A stretch of 20,308 nt of DNA, taken from assembly GCA_013152275.1 (NCBI GenBank), contig JAADGS010000031.1, positions 62,001-82,308 on the forward strand. The letters are read 5' to 3'. The position numbers were made by a program, and so were the translations under genes. Source of the stretch: Actinomycetota bacterium. GTDB taxonomy: Bacteria; Actinomycetota; Acidimicrobiia; Spongiisociales; UBA4744. This document shows, piece after piece, positions 1 through 8,206 of this stretch; positions within the stretch are counted from its first letter, which is position 1; every line of letters begins with the position of its first letter. The notes beneath the pieces are model-generated. The model did not search any database. It was not told where the DNA came from and worked only from the letters and a program-made list of their open reading frames with translations.

Positions 1-1
1 G

Positions 2-334
2 GAACCGAGAACCGTCCTTGCGGTCGTCGTGCAGGCCGCAGACGCCGTGTCCGCCGCCCGTCCAGGAGCGCGGCGCGAAGCGTTGGAATCCTATGTGCGG
101 CGTCTCGAGAAACTCGAGGAGCTCGCCTACGACTTCAGCGGCGTCGAGAAAGTCTTTGCGATGCAGGCGGGACGAGAGGTGAGGGTCGTTGTCGACCCTG
201 GCAAGGTCGATGACCTCGGTGCATCCGATCTTGCCCGCCGCATCGCCAAACGGCTCGAAGAGGATCTGCAGTATCCCGGTCAGATTCAGGTCACGGTGAT
301 TCGGGAGCTGCGTGTGAGTGACTACGCGCGATGA
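2..334 (+). CDS. rny: Ribonuclease Y, C-terminal part (gene begins before the window)
   Basis: Frame open from position 2: [26 protein letters not shown]...[15 protein letters not shown]...[14 protein letters not shown]. This is the characteristic end of the RNase Y HD domain and C-terminal domain. The stop overlaps the miaB ATG (ATGA 331-334). Confidence 0.95.
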   Translation, partial: EPRTVLAVVVQAADAVSAARPGARREALESYVRRLEKLEELAYDFSGVEKVFAMQAGREVRVVVDPGKVDDLGASDLARRIAKRLEEDLQYPGQIQVTVIRELRVSDYAR

Positions 335-1710
335 GTGAGACGCTTCTCGGGAGGATGGATGTCGTCGTCGATCGCGTGCCAAAGCGCACCGGAAAGCGCT
401 ACGTGATCAAGACGTTCGGTTGCCAGATGAATGAGCACGACAGTGAGCGTGTGGCGGGCCTCTTCGAGATCGACGGCATGGAACGGGCCTCCGACATCGA
501 TGGTGCCGACGTGATCTTCGTGAACACCTGCACGATTCGTGAGAACGCGGACAACCGGCTCTATGGAAACCTCGGTCATCTGAAACAGTTCAAAGACGAG
601 CACCCTGAGGCGACGCTCATCGTCGGGGGATGTGCCGCACAGAAAGACCGCGACCTCGTTCGTGAGCGCGCACCGTGGGTCGATGTCGTTCTCGGAACCC
701 ACAACCTCGATCGTGTCCTGGATCTGATGGATGTCGCCGCCGCGAGTGGCGGAGTGACGGAGGTCGTCGATGAGCTGGAGACCATGCCTTCATTGCTGCC
801 CGTCCGGCGGCGGCACGCGTACTCCGCGTGGGTGACGATTCAGATCGGATGTAACAACACCTGTACGTTTTGCATCGTTCCCTCGGTGCGTGGTCACGAG
901 ATCAGCCGGCGTCCGGGAGATATCGTGGCGGAGATCGAAGAGCTGGCGGCAGGAGGGGTCGTAGAGGTGACGCTCCTGGGTCAGAACGTCAACACGTACG
1001 GCCGTGATCTTGCACTCGACGGAAAGCGCAGGCCGATTTTCGCCGAGTTGCTTCGGCGGGTCGGCGACATCGAAGGGATTCGGCGCATTCGGTTCACGAG
1101 TCCACACCCTGCCGATTTTCGGGAAGATGTTGCGGCCGCGATGGCGCAGACCGACGCGGTGTGCGACCAGCTCCATCTTCCCTTGCAGAGTGGCAGCGAT
1201 CGCATCCTGGCCATGATGCATCGCGGCTACAACGTGGAGCGGTTCTTCGAGCGCCTTGTGCTCGCTCGCTCGTACATGCCGACGCTTGCGGTGTCGACCG
1301 ACGTGATCGTCGGCTTTCCCGGCGAGACGGAACAGGATTTCGATGGCACGATGAGCGTGATGGAGACGGCTCGGTTCGATCAGGCTTTCACGTTCATCTT
1401 CTCACCCCGTCCGGGAACTCTCGCGGCAGAGATGAAGGACCGGTTTGTGGACGAGGAGGTGGTGCACGACCGTTACCAGCGTCTGATCGGGCTTCAGAAT
1501 CGGATCGGCCTCGAGAAAAACCGTGAGCAGGTGGGACGTGTCGTCGAAGTCCTCACCGAAGGTCCGTCGAAGAAGGATCCGGCGATGGCAACGACCCGGA
1601 CTACCGGGAACAGGGTGGTCCACATCCCCGGAGAGTATCCGGTGGGGGAGTTCCTCAACGTTGAGATCACCGGGGCGGCCCAGCATCACCTCGTGGGGGT
1701 CGTACGCTGA
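331..1710 (+). CDS. miaB: tRNA-2-methylthio-N6-isopentenyladenosine synthase (radical SAM methylthiotransferase)
   Basis: [12 protein letters not shown] and NTCTIRENA in the UPF0004 domain, radical SAM motif [37 protein letters not shown] and a C-terminal TRAM-like region. Adjacent to miaA. Confidence 0.97.
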   Translation: MSETLLGRMDVVVDRVPKRTGKRYVIKTFGCQMNEHDSERVAGLFEIDGMERASDIDGADVIFVNTCTIRENADNRLYGNLGHLKQFKDEHPEATLIVGGCAAQKDRDLVRERAPWVDVVLGTHNLDRVLDLMDVAAASGGVTEVVDELETMPSLLPVRRRHAYSAWVTIQIGCNNTCTFCIVPSVRGHEISRRPGDIVAEIEELAAGGVVEVTLLGQNVNTYGRDLALDGKRRPIFAELLRRVGDIEGIRRIRFTSPHPADFREDVAAAMAQTDAVCDQLHLPLQSGSDRILAMMHRGYNVERFFERLVLARSYMPTLAVSTDVIVGFPGETEQDFDGTMSVMETARFDQAFTFIFSPRPGTLAAEMKDRFVDEEVVHDRYQRLIGLQNRIGLEKNREQVGRVVEVLTEGPSKKDPAMATTRTTGNRVVHIPGEYPVGEFLNVEITGAAQHHLVGVVR

Positions 1711-2603
1711 TTCTCGCCATTCTCGGACCGACCGCTTCGGGCAAGAGCGATGTGGCGTTGCGCCTTGCAGAAGAGCTCGGTGCTCAGATCCTCTCGGTCG
1801 ACTCGATGCAGGTGTATCGCGGCATGGATATCGGCACCGCAAAAGCCACTGCCGTCCAGCAGACTCGCGTCCAACACCACATGGTGGATCTCGTCGACCC
1901 GGACGTGGAATTCAGTGTGGCCGAGTTTCAGAAGACGGCCAGGGAAATCCTCGACCAAACCGAACGCATCGTGCTGGTAGGTGGATCCGGCCTGCACTTT
2001 CGGGCAGTGGTGGATCCGATGACGTTTCCACCGTCCGATGCGGCGCTTCGTGCGGAGTTAGAGGCACTCGACGAGAGTGCGGTCACCGCCGCGCTGCTCC
2101 AAGCCGACCCTGCGGCGGGGACCCAGGTCGATTTGAGGAACCCTCGCAGGGTGGTCAGGGCCCTGGAGATCCACCGGCTGACCGGCGAGACGCCAAGTGA
2201 ACGAGCCCGGACGCAAGAGGCCGAGGCGGTGCGTTCCTACCAGGCGGCCTTCGAGTTCGTCGCAGTCGGCCTCGACCCCGGCCGATCGCTGGCAGGTCGC
2301 GTGACACGCCGGCTAGCCGGCATGGTGGACTCCGGTCTGCTCGATGAGGTCGAGAGTCTCGAGCCACGGCTCGGAAGAACGGCCAGACAGGCCGTCGGCT
2401 ACAAGGAACTGCTGCCCGTCCTTCGCGGAGAGGCGACACTCGAGGAGGGGATGGCCGCGGCAACGAAGGCGACGCTACGACTTGCGAAGCACCAGCGGAC
2501 GTATTTCCGGCGCGATCCGAGGATCGCCTGGGTACCGTGGGACCAAGATCGGGACGTTCGGTACGAGCGTGTTCGTTCGGCGTTGGAGGAGATGCTCGCA
2601 TGA
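1707..2603 (+). CDS. miaA: tRNA dimethylallyltransferase; start placed at a non-canonical CTG (1707)
   Basis: Motifs GPTASGKS (1725-1748), DSMQVYRGMDIGTAK, VGGSGL, NPRRVVRALE, QAVGYKE and LAKHQRTYFR. The ORF-track start at 1752 cuts off the P-loop. No ATG/GTG/TTG occurs in frame between the upstream stop (1662-1664) and the P-loop. Confidence 0.93.
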   Translation: MILAILGPTASGKSDVALRLAEELGAQILSVDSMQVYRGMDIGTAKATAVQQTRVQHHMVDLVDPDVEFSVAEFQKTAREILDQTERIVLVGGSGLHFRAVVDPMTFPPSDAALRAELEALDESAVTAALLQADPAAGTQVDLRNPRRVVRALEIHRLTGETPSERARTQEAEAVRSYQAAFEFVAVGLDPGRSLAGRVTRRLAGMVDSGLLDEVESLEPRLGRTARQAVGYKELLPVLRGEATLEEGMAAATKATLRLAKHQRTYFRRDPRIAWVPWDQDRDVRYERVRSALEEMLA

Positions 2604-3349
2604 GGTTCACGAAGATGGAGGGTCTCGGCAACGACTTCGTCGTTCTCCGGGGGCCGTGCTCGATCACCGCCGGGGACGTCAAGAGATTGTGTGACCGCCG
2701 CAGGGGAGTGGGAGCGGACGGCGTGCTGGTTGTCTCACCGATCGATGCGAAGCGGGTCCGAATGCAGTACTGGAACGCAGATGGATCACCGGCCGAGCTC
2801 TGCGGCAACGGGTTGCGGTGCTCGGCGGCATTTGCGTTGCAGCGCGATCTCGTCGAAAGCTCCGAGTTCACGATCGAGACGGCCGTCGGCCCTCGAGCGG
2901 CAAGGGTTGGTGACGATGCGATCACCGTGGAACTCGGGACGGTCCGAACGGCCGCCGCGAAACGGCAGGTTTCGGGCGAGATGGTGCGCGAAGTCACGGT
3001 AGGGAACCCTCACGCGGTCCTACAGGTGCCGGATACCTCCGAGGCGGCGGTCGCCACACTCGGGCCGAGCATCGCGGCAGCCTTCGACGACGGTGCGAAC
3101 ATCGAGTTTCTCACCGTGCGCTCGCGTGGATTGCTGGAACTGCGCGTATGGGAGCGGGGAGTGGGAGAGACCCTTGCGTGTGGAACCGGGGCCGCTGCCG
3201 CCGCCGCTGCGGCGAGAGCGGAAGGGCTCGCCGATTCCGAGACCACGGTGCGCCTCCCCGGCGGTGACCTGAAGGTGGTCCTGGACGGCGATGTGGCGTG
3301 GATCAGCGGTCCGGCGGTATTCGTATACGAGGGGGAATGGCGTGGCTGA
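2600..3349 (+). CDS. dapF: Diaminopimelate epimerase
   Basis: MRFTKMEGLGNDF, GVGADG, NADGSPAELCGNG, GNPH, RVWERGVGETLACGTG. Both catalytic Cys are present. ATG 2600 overlaps the miaA stop (ATGA) with GGAGG upstream. Confidence 0.96.
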   Translation: MRFTKMEGLGNDFVVLRGPCSITAGDVKRLCDRRRGVGADGVLVVSPIDAKRVRMQYWNADGSPAELCGNGLRCSAAFALQRDLVESSEFTIETAVGPRAARVGDDAITVELGTVRTAAAKRQVSGEMVREVTVGNPHAVLQVPDTSEAAVATLGPSIAAAFDDGANIEFLTVRSRGLLELRVWERGVGETLACGTGAAAAAAAARAEGLADSETTVRLPGGDLKVVLDGDVAWISGPAVFVYEGEWRG

Positions 3350-4565
3350 GCGGGCACTGCTCGTCTCGATCAGGACGAGCGCCTCGACCGGCACATCCCT
3401 GGATGAGCTCGCACGTCTCGCGAATACGGCGGGGGCGACGGTCGTCGACAGGGTGATGCAACGCAGAGAGCGCCTGGATCCGGCGACGCTCATCGGCTCG
3501 GGACGCCTCGTAGAGCTACGTGAGGTCGTCGATACCGAAGATATCGACGTCGTGATCTTCGACGAAGAGATCACCCCGGCGCAGGAGCGGAACCTGAGCG
3601 CCGCACTCGACGCACGGGTGCTGGATCGAACTGCACTGATTCTCGACATATTCGCCTTGCACGCCAACAGCAGCGAGGGACGGCTTCAGGTGGAGCTGGC
3701 ACAACTCCAGTACCTGCTGCCCCGGCTGCGGGGGCGGGGCATCGAACTTTCCCGGCTCGGTGGAGGCATCGGAACGCGCGGTCCCGGCGAGACGCAGCTC
3801 GAGACCGACCGGCGGCGAATCGCGAGGAGAGTGTCGAAACTTCGAAGAGATCTGGAGAGCATCGAACGTACGAGACAGGTCAAGCGGGACCAGCGCAGAC
3901 GGCAGGGAATCCCCATCGTTTCACTGGTCGGTTACACGAACGCGGGCAAGTCGAGCCTCTTGAATGCGCTGACCGGATCTTCGGTAACGGTGGAGGATCA
4001 GCTCTTCGCGACCCTCGATCCGGCGACCCGAAAGTGTGTCCTCTCCGGGGGAAGGGAGCTGTTGATCACCGACACGGTGGGATTCGTCCGACGGCTGCCC
4101 CACCAGCTCGTTGAGGCGTTCAGATCGACACTGGAACTGGTCGCGGAGTCCGATCTGCTCCTCCATCTGGTCGATGTGACCGCCGGGGATGTGGACGCCC
4201 AGATCGACGCGGTCCGAGCGGTGTTGGAAGAGATCGGGGCGGAACGGATACCCGAGATGCTCGTCGGAACGAAAGCGGATATCTCGACCCTCGAAGACCG
4301 CAAGCGGTTCCTCTCGGGTCATGACGGTGCTCTGGTCGTCTCTTCCGTCAGCGGAGAGGGCATCGATGATCTCGGCGATCGCGTCTGGGATCTGGTGTCC
4401 CGGCAGTTCTCGGAACTCGAGGTGATCGTGCCATTCGGAGCAGAGGTCGATCGTCTGCATCGTGTGGCAGATGTCCTGGAAGAGGAGTACCGGTTCGACG
4501 GTGTTCGTCTCAGGGTGAGGCTTTCTCGCGGTGAAGCCGACAGGGTGCGCCGCTATGCAGTGTGA
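3342..4565 (+). CDS. hflX: Ribosome-splitting GTPase HflX
   Basis: DRTALILDIFA, LQVELAQL, GGGIGTRGPGETQLETDRR, G1 GYTNAGKS, LFATLD, G3 DTVG. GTG 3342 follows a GGGGA Shine-Dalgarno-like sequence and overlaps the dapF end. Confidence 0.96.
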   Translation: MAERALLVSIRTSASTGTSLDELARLANTAGATVVDRVMQRRERLDPATLIGSGRLVELREVVDTEDIDVVIFDEEITPAQERNLSAALDARVLDRTALILDIFALHANSSEGRLQVELAQLQYLLPRLRGRGIELSRLGGGIGTRGPGETQLETDRRRIARRVSKLRRDLESIERTRQVKRDQRRRQGIPIVSLVGYTNAGKSSLLNALTGSSVTVEDQLFATLDPATRKCVLSGGRELLITDTVGFVRRLPHQLVEAFRSTLELVAESDLLLHLVDVTAGDVDAQIDAVRAVLEEIGAERIPEMLVGTKADISTLEDRKRFLSGHDGALVVSSVSGEGIDDLGDRVWDLVSRQFSELEVIVPFGAEVDRLHRVADVLEEEYRFDGVRLRVRLSRGEADRVRRYAV

Positions 4566-4580
4566 GCAGTCACGTCGGGC

Positions 4581-5201
4581 TCAGTCGACGGTGCGCAGGA
4601 CGGCGACGACCTTGCCGAGGATGTGGACTCCTTCGGTGAACACCATCTCTTCGTAGGCGGCGTTCTCGGGGCTGAGCACGACTTTCCCGTCACGGCGGGA
4701 AAAGCGCTTGACTGTGGCTTCTTCTCCATCGACGAGTGCGGCGACGATCTCTCCGTTGTTCGCCACGTTCTGGCTCCGGACAACGACGTAGTCGCCATCG
4801 AGAATGCCGGCGTCGACCATCGAATCGCCACGAACCGTGAGCAGGAAGACGGGACCTTGGCCGGTGAACTCGGTGGGGAGCGTCAGGACCTCCTCGATCT
4901 GCTCCTCTGCCAAGATTGGTGCCCCTGCCGCGATTCTGCCGACAAGCGGAACGTCACGCGTGGTCGATCGGTGCAGAGACGAACCGGTCGGATCGATGAC
5001 TTCTATGGCGCGCGGCTTCGTAGGGTCACGGCGCAGGTAACCGGCCCGCACCAGCGATGAGAGATGGCTGTGCACGGTCGAAGGGGAGCGCAGACCGAGA
5101 GCCTGGCCGATCTCGCGCACCGACGGTGGGTAGCCACGATCTGTGACGGTGCTGCGGATGAGGTCGAGAATCTCCCTTTGTCTGCCGGTCAGGTCCTCCA
5201 T
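4581..5201 (-). CDS. lexA: SOS repressor LexA
   Basis: Winged-helix N-terminus (GYPPSVREIG...SPSTVHSHL...PTKPRAIEV), Ala-Gly cleavage site (GRIAAGAP), catalytic Ser (GDSM) and Lys (ATVKR). GAGGAG RBS upstream. Confidence 0.98.
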   Translation of the reverse strand: MEDLTGRQREILDLIRSTVTDRGYPPSVREIGQALGLRSPSTVHSHLSSLVRAGYLRRDPTKPRAIEVIDPTGSSLHRSTTRDVPLVGRIAAGAPILAEEQIEEVLTLPTEFTGQGPVFLLTVRGDSMVDAGILDGDYVVVRSQNVANNGEIVAALVDGEEATVKRFSRRDGKVVLSPENAAYEEMVFTEGVHILGKVVAVLRTVD

Positions 5202-5212
5202 GTGCTCCTCCT

Positions 5213-5226
5213 CGAACGTACGTTCT
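5213..5226. promoter_or_regulatory. LexA (SOS) box 1
   Basis: CGAAC-GTAC-GTTCT, one mismatch to the Gram-positive consensus CGAAC-N4-GTTCG, 11 bp upstream of the lexA start. Confidence 0.85.
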
Positions 5227-5253
5227 CACCCTAGCTTGCGCGTCCAGGGGATC

Positions 5254-5267
5254 CAAACATATGTTCG
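5254..5267. promoter_or_regulatory. LexA (SOS) box 2
   Basis: CAAAC-ATAT-GTTCG, one mismatch to consensus. Confidence 0.8.
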
Positions 5268-5270
5268 CCC

Positions 5271-5298
5271 TTGACGGCGAACGTATGTTCGATATACT
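5271..5298 (+). promoter_or_regulatory. Housekeeping-sigma promoter for the LysM gene and nrdR
   Basis: TTGACG (5271-5276), 16-bp spacer, TATACT (5293-5298). SOS box 3 fills the spacer. Confidence 0.7.
5278..5291. promoter_or_regulatory. LexA (SOS) box 3
   Basis: CGAAC-GTAT-GTTCG, perfect consensus. Confidence 0.92.
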
Positions 5299-5303
5299 TG
5301 GCA

Positions 5304-5319
5304 TCGAACAGCCGTTCGA
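5304..5319. promoter_or_regulatory. LexA (SOS) box 4
   Basis: TCGAAC-AGCC-GTTCGA, perfect actinobacterial consensus, over the expected transcription start of the 5271-5298 promoter. Confidence 0.92.
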
Positions 5320-5328
5320 TTGCGTTTC

Positions 5329-5350
5329 TGTCACTGCCGACCCGTAGCGT
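5329..5350 (+). promoter_or_regulatory. PafBC / RecA-NDp-like DNA-damage promoter
   Basis: TGTCAC-N10-TAGCGT, compared with the mycobacterial motif TGTC(A/G)G-N10-TA-N3-T: exact spacing, one mismatch, 49 bp upstream of the LysM gene start. Confidence 0.6.
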
Positions 5351-5399
5351 GTCAGAACGGTGGTCGAACCACCAGAGCGAGACAGAGGAGGAAGTGGAC

Positions 5400-5684
5400 A
5401 TGGCGATACGCACCAACACCCTTTCGAGGGCTGCGGTTCTCCTCATAGCGGTCGTCGTCTTCTTCCTCCTCATCCTCGCTTCTGCCGTTGGTGCTCAGAA
5501 CGAGGTGATCCCGACGGCGCAGCATCGGATCGTGGCCGGGGAGACACTCTGGAGCATTGCCGACGAGGTGACGCCCGAGGGTGCCGACGTTCGTGTGACG
5601 GTCTCCCAGATCCGCCGGTTGAACCAGCTTGGGGGAACCGCGATCTATCCGGGTGATGTGCTGATCGTTCCTGTGGCCGGCTGA
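5400..5684 (+). CDS. LysM-domain membrane protein, probable SOS cell-division inhibitor (YneA/ChiZ-like)
   Basis: GAGGAGG RBS then ATG 5400; 94 aa. N-terminal hydrophobic helix (AAVLLIAVVVFFLLILASAV) and LysM domain (HRIVAGETLWSIA...IRRLNQL...IYPGDVLIVP). The lexA<->LysM-nrdR arrangement is typical of Actinomycetota. Confidence 0.88.
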   Translation: MAIRTNTLSRAAVLLIAVVVFFLLILASAVGAQNEVIPTAQHRIVAGETLWSIADEVTPEGADVRVTVSQIRRLNQLGGTAIYPGDVLIVPVAG

Positions 5685-5747
5685 ACCGCGGTGCCCGTGG
5701 GGCCTCGTTGTGGCGCAGGCCGGCGACTCGGGTACGCTGGCAGAGAC

Positions 5748-6200
5748 ATGCAGTGTCCGTTCTGTGCCTCCGAAGACACACGGGTGATCGACAGTCGACC
5801 TGTGGACGAAGGCTCCGCCATTCGGCGGCGCAGGGAGTGCGTGTCGTGTGGCAATCGTTTTACGACCTACGAGCGTGCCGATATCCCCCTGATCGTTCGA
5901 AAGCGCGACGGCAGGTTCGAGCCGTTTGAGATCGACAAGGTGCGTGCCGGTCTGAACAGTGCGCTTGCCGATCGGCCGGTCGAGACGAAGCGCCTCGAGC
6001 GTATGCTCATCCAGATTCGAGACGATGCGAAAGCGGAAGGCCGCATTGTCTCGTCCGACGACATCGGACGAGCGGTCCTGGAGCATCTCGCAAGGATCGA
6101 CCACGTGGCATATCTGCGGTTCGCGAGCGTCTACAAGGAGTTCGAGGGGACCGGCGACTTCGAGCGGGAAATGGCGGAGCTGGAACGTCGCGAAGGCTGA
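5748..6200 (+). CDS. nrdR: Ribonucleotide reductase repressor NrdR
   Basis: MQCPFC...VIDSR...IRRRRECVSCGNRFTTYE zinc ribbon, ATP-cone (VRKRDGRFEPF) and VAYLRFASVYKEF. The true start is ATG 5748, not 5691. Confidence 0.96.
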   Translation: MQCPFCASEDTRVIDSRPVDEGSAIRRRRECVSCGNRFTTYERADIPLIVRKRDGRFEPFEIDKVRAGLNSALADRPVETKRLERMLIQIRDDAKAEGRIVSSDDIGRAVLEHLARIDHVAYLRFASVYKEFEGTGDFEREMAELERREG

Positions 6201-6206
6201 GCAAGA

Positions 6207-7475
6207 TCAGGGGAGCCGTCCGGAGATCTTGTCCAGCTGGATCTGCAACGTGGCGAGTTGGGTCTCGGCCCAGTCGTTGAGGGTTGAGAGGGGTGCCTCG
6301 ATCCCTGCATCGACCGCCGCGATCCTTTGCTGGATCTCCTGGATGAGGCGGCCGGCGGTCGTCTCGTCACCGGTTCTCAGGGCGTCGAGGTACTCGACCT
6401 GCCAGTCGTCGAGGCGGAGTGCGAGCTGTTGAGATGCCACGAGGTGGTTGGTGAAAAAGGGTTCCTCGGGAAGCTCCCGAATGGCCTCCTGGGTGTCGGT
6501 GACGGCGAGACCCAAAGCGACTCCAAGCGTCGCGATCTCTTGTTGTGATGCGGTGGTGACGAGTGGAGGAAGTTGGAACGCTTTCCCGAAAACAAGCCGG
6601 TAGCTCAAGGCGTCACCAAGTCGTCGCTCCAGTGTGAGGCCGATCTCGGACGTGGTCGCCATGGCGCGACGTGTAGGAGTGAGTGCTTCGAGTGAGGAGC
6701 GCGAAACGAGCGGCAGCATCGAGGGGAGAGGATCGGCTGCCACCTCGAAGAGCCGGCGGGCGGTCTCGTCGAGCTTTGAAAGAGAGACCGCGGCATCGGC
6801 GAGCTGTGCGGTGTCGGCATTGGTGTCTGTGATGATGCCGATGGTCTGTCGTGTCTCGGGCAACTGGTTCTCAAACGCGGCGGTGGCACTCGAGTAGGAG
6901 GCTGTTGCAGTAGCTACGGCACGCTCGGGCATGGCGCTCGCCCAGCGAATGATCGACAAGCCCGCGAACAGCACAACGACCGAAGCGATGACGATCGGCC
7001 ATCGAAAGGTTCGGCTCGACGCTGCCAGAGAGTCGAATGATTCCGGCTTCCAGTCCGTGGGAGGAGTGATGGTCTCCGTTGCGGCCCAGAGTCGGGTGAC
7101 CAGTGCTCCGGTGTCCCCGGCGGTGTCGGTCGGACGCCGCATATCGTTCAGCGCGGGAAGTCCTGGCAGGGGTTCGGGTTCGGGTTCTGGGAGGACGGCA
7201 GTGATGGCAGGCCGCAAGGGCGGTGACTCGGAGAAGCCGAACATCTCGATGAGTGTTGAGTCATATGCGATGGGGGGGTTGACAGACACCGGCAGGGGAC
7301 GAGGGCGCTTGACCGGCGGAGCGGTGACACGACGTCGTGGACGGGGGGTGCTGCGACTGGGAGGGGCCCTGTGCTTGCCACCGCGACGACGTTCCACGGA
7401 GTGACCTTCGGGGCACAGTCCACGGGGGTGGATGGGGACCTGGCGTTTACACGTTGTACAATAGGCATATGGCAC
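6207..7475 (-). CDS. Hypothetical single-pass membrane protein with N-terminal Cys/His motif
   Basis: 422-aa ORF filling the gap between nrdR and dut. CxxC...CPEGH N-terminus, Pro/Arg-rich linker, one hydrophobic segment (WPIVIASVVVLFAGLSII) and an Ala/Leu/Gln-rich C-terminal region that looks helical. Confidence 0.8.
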   Translation of the reverse strand: MPYAYCTTCKRQVPIHPRGLCPEGHSVERRRGGKHRAPPSRSTPRPRRRVTAPPVKRPRPLPVSVNPPIAYDSTLIEMFGFSESPPLRPAITAVLPEPEPEPLPGLPALNDMRRPTDTAGDTGALVTRLWAATETITPPTDWKPESFDSLAASSRTFRWPIVIASVVVLFAGLSIIRWASAMPERAVATATASYSSATAAFENQLPETRQTIGIITDTNADTAQLADAAVSLSKLDETARRLFEVAADPLPSMLPLVSRSSLEALTPTRRAMATTSEIGLTLERRLGDALSYRLVFGKAFQLPPLVTTASQQEIATLGVALGLAVTDTQEAIRELPEEPFFTNHLVASQQLALRLDDWQVEYLDALRTGDETTAGRLIQEIQQRIAAVDAGIEAPLSTLNDWAETQLATLQIQLDKISGRLP

Positions 7476-7522
7476 GCGACACTCCGTTGTGTGCCTCCGC
7501 CCGCTGAAAGCCCTTACTCGCC

Positions 7523-7951
7523 ATGCAGGTTAGCTTCACGAGACTGGATAGGGAACTACCCCCACCGCGCCGTGTTCATCCGGGAGATGCCGGGGCCGAT
7601 CTGTATGCACGCGAGAGTCTGGTGCTGGCATCGGGGGAGCGGGCGCTTGTCCCGACCGGAATCGCCATCGCCGTGCCGGATGGCTTCGCCGGCCTGGTCG
7701 TACCGCGAAGCGGATTGGCGGCGCGCCACGGGATCGGGGTCGTGAACGGGCCCGGTCTGATCGATGCCGGTTACCGGGGTGAGGTGAAGGTCATTCTGAT
7801 CAATCACGGCTCGGAATCGCTCGAGATCAAACGGGGAGAGAGGATCGCACAGCTCGTCGTCGTGCCGGTCTTTGTCGGAGAATTGGCCGAGGTCGATGAG
7901 CTGCCAGGCACGAAACGAGGCGATGGAGGCTTCGGTTCGACGGGTCGGTGA
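7523..7951 (+). CDS. dut: dUTP diphosphatase
   Basis: Trimeric dUTPase motifs [29 protein letters not shown] and [10 protein letters not shown]. Confidence 0.97.
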   Translation: MQVSFTRLDRELPPPRRVHPGDAGADLYARESLVLASGERALVPTGIAIAVPDGFAGLVVPRSGLAARHGIGVVNGPGLIDAGYRGEVKVILINHGSESLEIKRGERIAQLVVVPVFVGELAEVDELPGTKRGDGGFGSTGR

Positions 7952-7983
7952 GGGTCCAGGGAACCGCTACACTACCGGCCCAC

Positions 7984-8056
7984 GCGGAAGTAGCTCAGTT
8001 GGTAGAGCGCAACCTTGCCAAGGTTGAGGTCGCGGGTTCGAGCCCCGTCTTCCGCT
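7984..8056 (+). tRNA. tRNA-Gly (GCC)
   Basis: Acceptor stem GCGGAAG/CTTCCGC, D arm TAGCTCAGTTGGTAGAGC, anticodon arm CAACC-TTGCCAA-GGTTG, T loop GGTTCGAG. CCA not encoded. Confidence 0.97.
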
Positions 8057-8061
8057 CTCCT

Positions 8062-8081
8062 GGGGCGGCGAAAGTCGCTTC
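8062..8081 (+). other. GNRA-tetraloop hairpin in the Gly-Cys tRNA spacer
   Basis: GGGGCGGC-GAAA-GTCGCTTC, an 8-bp stem with G-U pairs that only work on the + strand transcript. Confidence 0.5.
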
Positions 8082-8095
8082 CGGCTGTAAGGTAC

Positions 8096-8167
8096 GGCGA
8101 CGTGGCCGAGTGGTTTAGGCACGGGTCTGCAAAACCCGGTACACCGGTTCGATTCCGGTCGTCGCCT
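8096..8167 (+). tRNA. tRNA-Cys (GCA)
   Basis: Acceptor stem GGCGACG/CGTCGCC, anticodon arm CGGGT-CTGCAAA-ACCCG, T arm ACCGG-TTCGATT-CCGGT, U73 discriminator. Confidence 0.96.
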
Positions 8168-8206
8168 CGAGGAGCCCCCTGGATGTGGGGGTATACTCGC
8201 CGGTAC

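Noticed and set aside
3186..3216. GCC/GCT repeat in dapF
   Set aside because: It encodes the ordinary Ala-rich helix after the catalytic CGTG motif.
5355..5368. Fifth SOS box AGAAC-GGTG-GTCGA
   Set aside because: The right half-site does not match GTTC, so it is too degenerate to call.
5271..5399. Longer LysM ORF starting at TTG 5271
   Set aside because: It runs through the promoter and SOS boxes. A strong RBS supports ATG 5400.
5685..5747. NrdR box upstream of nrdR or dut
   Set aside because: No AT-rich NrdR-type palindrome is visible here or at 7476-7522.
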